DNA of 64,000 nucleotides. It comes from Mobula hypostoma. Its lineage: Eukaryota. A program made the position numbers and the translations under genes. Below are positions 58,567-64,000 of this stretch, one piece after another. Location of the stretch: assembly GCF_963921235.1 (NCBI RefSeq), contig NC_086109.1, forward strand, positions 19,160,001 through 19,224,000, read 5' to 3'. Within the stretch, counting starts at the first letter, position 1; each line of letters starts with the position of its first letter. The notes below the pieces were generated by a model. The model was given only the letters and a program-made list of their open reading frames with translations, was not told the origin of the DNA and ran no database searches.

Positions 58567-59849
58567 GAGTCAGGAGACAGGTAGCTGGGTGACTGTCAGG
58601 AGAGGGAAAGGGAATCAAAAGAGTGACCAGAGCACCCCTGTGGCCCCTCCCACCAATAATAAGTACATCGTTTTGGATACTGTTGATGGGGACGACCTAC
58701 CAGGGACAAGTTGCAGTGGTTGCGTCTCTGGCAATGAGATGGGACCCTCAGCTCAGAAGGGAAGGAGGGAAAAGAGGAGAGCAGTAGTGATAGGGGATTC
58801 GACAGTTAGCGGGACAGATAAGAGGTTCTGTGGAAGAGATCGAGAATCCCGGCTGGTCTGTTGCCTCCCTGGTGCCAGGGTCTGCGATAACACAGATCGA
58901 GTTCTCAGTATTCTCAAGAGGGAGGGTGAGTAGCCAGATGTCGTGGTCCATGTAGGGACCAATGACATGGGTAAGAAGAGTGAGGAGGTCCTGATAGATG
59001 AGCTTAGGGAGTTAGGCGCCAAGTTAAAGGACAGGACCTCCAGGATAGCAACCTCAGGATTGCTACCAGTGCCACGTGCAGGCGGGTTTAGAAATAGTAA
59101 GATAGCACAGATCAACACGTGGCTGAAGACATGGTGCAGGAGGGAGGGCTTCAGATTTATAGATTATTGGGCAGTTTTCCAGGGAAGGTGGGACCTGTTC
59201 TGGCGGAACGGTTTACATCTGAACTGGAGGGGGACAAATATTCTTGCAGGTAGGTTTGCTAGAGAGGCTCCAGTGGATTTAAACTAGATACAAGGAAGGA
59301 GGGGAACCAGAGTGTAGGAACAGATGTAGGGGAGAAGGAAGAAAAAGAAAATAGTAAAGTTGTTTGCACCGTTAGTGATAAACAGAGAGTAGGAGGTGGA
59401 AAATTTCTTAAATGTATTTATTCTAATGCTAGGAGCATTATAAGAAAGGTGGATGAGTTTAAAGTATGGATTGATAGCTGGAAGTATGATGTGGTAGTAT
59501 TAGTGAAACATGGTTACAGGAGGGGTGTGATTGGCAACTAAACGTTCCTGGATTTAATTCCTTCAGGTGTGATAGAATCGGAGGGACAAGAGGGGAAGGA
59601 GTTGCATTGCTTGTCAGAGAAAATATTACAGCGATGCTCTGGCAGGATAGATTAGAGGGCTCGTCTAGGGAGGCTATTTGGGTGGAATTGAGAAGTGGGA
59701 AAGGTGTAGTATATGGACAGGAAAGGAATGGAGGGTTATGGGCTGAGCACAGGTTAGTGGGACTAGGTGAGAGTAAGAGTTCGGCATGGAATAGAAGGGC
59801 CGAGATGGCCTGTTTCCGTGCTGTAATTGTTATATGGTTATATGGTTAT
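58567..59849 (+). mobile_element. Internally deleted CR1: ORF1 SGNH esterase, start of ORF2 and 3' end
   Basis: RAVVIGDS..VCCLPGARV..VVHVGTND..GLHLN (esterase) and KCIYSNARSI (APE start). Joins the 3' terminus near 59710. (TATATGGT)n tail. TSD AATAGAGACCCTAA / AATAGAAACCCCAA (58553-58566, 59850-59863). Confidence 0.9.
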
Positions 59850-60096
59850 AATAGAAACCCCAAACTGAGTAACAAAATGAGAACACTGAAATGGCACAAG
59901 AGAGTAAGAAACAAAACTGAAAACTTAAGAGCAGAAATAGCCCACCTAATATAGTATAAAATGATGACCCAAGTAAGAAAGAGACAAAGCTAAGAGAAGA
60001 CTAAGGAAATAGAAGCTGCGCTAAAACTGTGCTTGATGCTTACAAATACAGACAAAATAGATACATGAAATGTGTCAGACAAAGAGAACAGAATTA

Positions 60097-61041
60097 CACT
60101 GGACAACAAAGTTTTTTGGAAGTGTTACTTCCTCAGAATTCGTTAGTGTTTATGATAGACTGCCTGAAGCTGAACACAAATATATTTTCAGTCTACTTTT
60201 ATCAGGTTGGAATTTGGAGAAACAAGAAATTAGCTTTTATTGAATATAATGCATTTAATTGCATAAGAGTGCTGGCGATTACAATAGTTCAAATAAGCTG
60301 AAACATGTTTTGTTAATGATTTTCATTTGTATTCAGTGTCTAAGGCTTCTTGCTTAAGTGTCCAACAATAATCAGCCAGCATTGATAGGTTCCAATTGCC
60401 TTGATACTGTTTCTCCCTGACCGGAATGTCCTGATGAAACCTTTCACCGTGCTTGTCACTAACAGCACCAAGATTTGCAGGGAAGAAGTCTAAATGGGAA
60501 TGCAACAAATATCAGGAGCCCAGGCTTCGTCTTGTTTGCCAATGTTACACCCAAAGTAGAACTCGTTGGCTTTTTTAAGAGGAGGCATGCTCCATCTTTG
60601 AGATTTAAGTGTATACTCACAACAAATATAGCAGAAAGTTTTGTGGCTGTTGCAACATTGGTGAGACATTTTGCTCTCACAAATACCCCTGAAATGACAA
60701 TGAGTACACACAATATGCTATGTGCAAAGAGCACGTGCATCAAAGTGATTGGAAACTAATATACTTGTAAACACAATGCATAGAATGGTACGCGCATAAT
60801 GTGTCCATTGCCTTTCTAAAACCTATCCTGCCATGCAGCACCAGCCCTGCCTAAGCATGCCCAGACCTGGACAAGGTAGAAAACTTTTCAGCTTTCATTG
60901 TGAGCAACATTTTAATTGACGTGAATTATGAATTGAAGTAACAAATAAATGACGTGTGATAGGGAAATTTCATGATCAGCAGTCCAAAGTCCAAAGATAC
61001 ACCCAGAAGTATTCAGGAAGCAAAATCTTTGTTGTCCAGTG
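60097..61041 (-). mobile_element. Chapaev3-type (CMC) DNA transposon, internal deletion derivative
   Basis: 15-bp TIRs CACTGGACAACAAAG / CTTTGTTGTCCAGTG with TTA TSD. N-terminal Cys motif (FCYICCEY..YFGCNIGKQDEAWAPDICC) joined to C-terminal LHSHLDFFPANLGAVSDKHGERFHQDI..MLADYCW. Confidence 0.88.
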
Positions 61042-62080
61042 TTATTACTTCAGGAACAAAGAAAAAGGCTTATAAAGGACATTAAGACTGAATTCAATGC
61101 ACTAAAGTGTCACCAACCTCAGCTCAGAATTCCCAACAAACACAGAGATAATGAACTTCTGGTCTAATATCTAGTAAAACAGGGCCAGACACAATCAAGA
61201 AGCAAGCTGGATTACAGAGAAAAATAAACACACTCGCACAATTGAAGACATGCAAGCACCTGAAGTTATAACTGATATGTTAAAAGCAGTCATAAAAAAA
61301 TACCCACAACTAGAAAAGTACCGGCAGTGGTAATATTCATAATAATTGGTACAAAATATTTATTTGTCTTCACCAGTAATTATTAACACATATCAACAAT
61401 TTTCTTAAAAATCTTGAAAAGGGGTCCACATTTTTGACGGAAGGAAAAACATATCTTTTACCTAAAGGAGAAATCACAAATGATCCATCAAAATTTTGTC
61501 CTATTTCTTGTTTACAAACTATATATAAAATTGTATCACATGTATCTTGCAACTAATCACTGCTCACTTGGAAAACCACGATATACTTACAGAAGAGCAG
61601 AAAGGACACCGGAAGGGAATGAAAGGAGGTAAAGAACAATTGATAACAGATTCTGTAATTCTAAACCAACCCCAGAGAAAAAGCAGAAATCTTTCATATT
61701 GTTATATTGACGTTAAAAAAAAACGTGATTCTACTCCACACTCATGATTAATAGAAGTCCTTAATATATATAAACTACACTCAATACTTGTGAAATTCCT
61801 ACAGCAGCTGATGAAGCATAGGTTAATAAATAATCGCCTTATCTATTAACAAGCAAAAAAGAACAACCACCATTACCAAAATAAACTGAGGCATTTTCCA
61901 GGGTGACTTTTTGTCTAGCTTTAAACTCACTCTCTAATTTACTGATTTAGATGAAAATAGAGTATCAAATCAGGAACAACAAAATACATCAATGATTTAA
62001 AATTATATACTCCTTCATCAGTAAGGCTAAAGCAATTAATCTAAATAGTAGAACTATTTTCAAAAGATATGAACATGAAC

Positions 62081-62880
62081 TTCAAAGGTTCAAAGGTTCA
62101 ATTTAATGTCAGAGAAATGTATACAATATACATCCTGAAATGCTTTCTCTTCGCAAACATCCACGAAAACGGAGAAGTTCCCTCAAAGAATGAAGGACAG
62201 TTAAATGTGAGAACCCCAAAGTCCCTCCCAAGCTCCCCCCTCCCACATGTAAGCAGCAGCAAACAACGAACCCCCTTTCCCCCACCAGCAAAAAATATTC
62301 ACATCGGTACCATCACCAAACGCAAGTGTGAGCTAAGCAATAGCAAAGACACAGACCAAAGTTACCCCAAAGGCTTTGCATTTCATCTGACATTCGACAA
62401 ACCACAGATTCTCTCTCTCCCTAATGAGGGAGAGGGAGATGTCCCCCCATTTTCACAGCGAGCAGGAGACGTAACAACAACCCGCTGGTTTATGATGTTA
62501 AAAGTCCATTTCATTGCTTTTTTCAAGCTCTTGTGTCCGAAGATCGCAAAGACCTCAGGTCTTTGGGCCCACAGTAAGAGATTTTCCGGCCTCCCCAACA
62601 ACACACGAGTCTTCTGCTGTGACACTGCCCGTAATCTGCCCGTCTCCAGAGCCCCGAGATCTTAGGCTTCCAAACACAATTGAGATTCTCAGGTCAAACC
62701 CTTCGCATGTCAAATAGTGGCCAGAACGGGTCCCATTTCCGCAAAGAATCAAAGCCTGCAAACTCCAGGTCAGGGTCTTCAAAAGAATCCTGAAAGTGAA
62801 AAATAAAGATATTGAAGGTGGAAATAGAGCTGTTTCCAATGCTGCAAGCAAAGAGTCACTGTTAGGCACCTTTATCCTAC
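62081..62880 (-). mobile_element. Family B non-autonomous element (second copy), nested in the R4 copy 2 RT
   Basis: (TTCAAAGG)n tail plus ATTTAATGTCAGAGAAATGTATACA, as at 5157. Interrupts the MNF/LDK motif of R4. Confidence 0.75.
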
Positions 62881-64000
62881 TTAAGCTCCTAGATAAGTAA
62901 AGAATATTAAACCTAAAGAAAGGTGCAATAGAGCTAGTAAAGCTGGTAAAACAGAGCAGCAGGATACAATACAACTGACGGATGAATATGAAACATATAA
63001 GTAATTGGGATACCAACATGAAAAGAACATATATCATAGTGTGACAATGGGAAAACTTTCGACAGAGTTTATTACAAGGCTTATGAACATTTCCAAACAG
63101 AGCTCAGTAGTAAAAATATCACAAAGGCGATAAACACTTTCACCATACCCACATTAACATATTCTTTTGGTATAATAGCTTGGTTTGAAACCGATCTGGA
63201 AAACTTACAAAGAAAAATAAGAACTGAAATGACAAATTTTAGAAACACTATGTACATTCAAACGCGCTTAGATTAACACTACCTAGGACAGAAGGAGGAA
63301 GAGGATCAAAAGACGTTAAACAGACAGATGAAACTTTTGAGGATATATTTTCATCAACAAAAACAGGTTTCATCACTCCACACGAACATACAGTATGCAA
63401 TTCTATTAGTAAGTACACACCACTAAACTTATATGAAAGCACGACTCAGAAAAATGAGGAAATTATCACTGCAGAAGAAAAAGTTAACCATGGGAGGCAT
63501 CCCCATGATCTGAGTAGACTAGATATCGACAAGGAAACATCAAACGCCTGGCTCAGAGTTGGGGACCTCTTCCCAGAAACAGAAAGGTTCCTTGAGGCAA
63601 TACAGGACCAGGTAGTTGACACAAAAAAAATCAAAAGTACATTATAAAAGACCCACAAATTCAAGACGATAATTGCAAAAAATGCCAAAAAAAAAAATGC
63701 AGAAAGAATCAAATACATTACAGGATCCTGCAGAAATTTTACTCAGTCTGAATACTTAACACAGGCACAATCAAGGGGCAAACATCATTCACCAAAATCT
63801 TGCTTTAAATTACAAACTCACACAAGACACCATACCTTACTATATGTACAAGCCTGAACAAGTATTAGATTCAAAGTTCTACAAATATACTGAATTAAAA
63901 GAGGAAATTGGAAGACTATGGAAGATGAATAAGGTATACATTGTCTCAATCGTAATATCTACAACTGGTATCATCCCAAAGTTACTACACAATAGCCCTA

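Larger units (their letters stand above)
57451..64000 (+). mobile_element. R4/Dong-type retrotransposon, copy 2 (5' end apparently retained; runs off the window; three nested insertions)
   Basis: Collinear with copy 1 from ~60000 on (NIHNNWYK, EGKTYLLPKG..DPSKFCPISCLQTIYK, EEQKG, RLTLPRTEGGRG, AIQDQV, HITGSC, KYTELKEEI). Adds a 5' UTR and an N-terminal region at ~57600-58560. Confidence 0.85.

Overview
This is eukaryotic DNA, not prokaryotic. It is a repeat-saturated intronic or intergenic segment of a vertebrate genome. The repeat repertoire (CR1 LINEs with 8-bp tandem tails, HE1/V-SINEs, SacSINE1-like Deu-SINEs, abundant Penelope-like termini) points to a cartilaginous fish, probably a ray or shark; that assignment is inference. 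I recognise no host protein-coding gene, rRNA, genuine tRNA or CRISPR array. Every long ORF is explained by a transposon or a low-complexity repeat. Contents: four young, near-identical 5'-truncated CR1 copies plus older CR1s; Rex1/Babar LINE pieces; two decayed Gypsy LTR elements; two head-to-tail R4/Dong-type RLE retrotransposons; about 15 Penelope-like (PLE) termini carrying a minimal hammerhead-ribozyme motif, several as fold-back structures; several non-autonomous bipartite LINE/RTE derivatives and SINEs; Tc1, hAT, Harbinger and Chapaev3-type DNA transposon derivatives; and a 22-bp G/T minisatellite with a higher-order period. The most notable signals are the PLE hammerhead and fold-back mini-elements, the tandem Dong/R4 pair with a nested Chapaev3 derivative, and the modular RTE-derived short elements. 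I cannot support a wholly new biological system with high confidence. Boundaries of decayed repeats are approximate (tens of bp), and family names come from motif recognition, not database searches.
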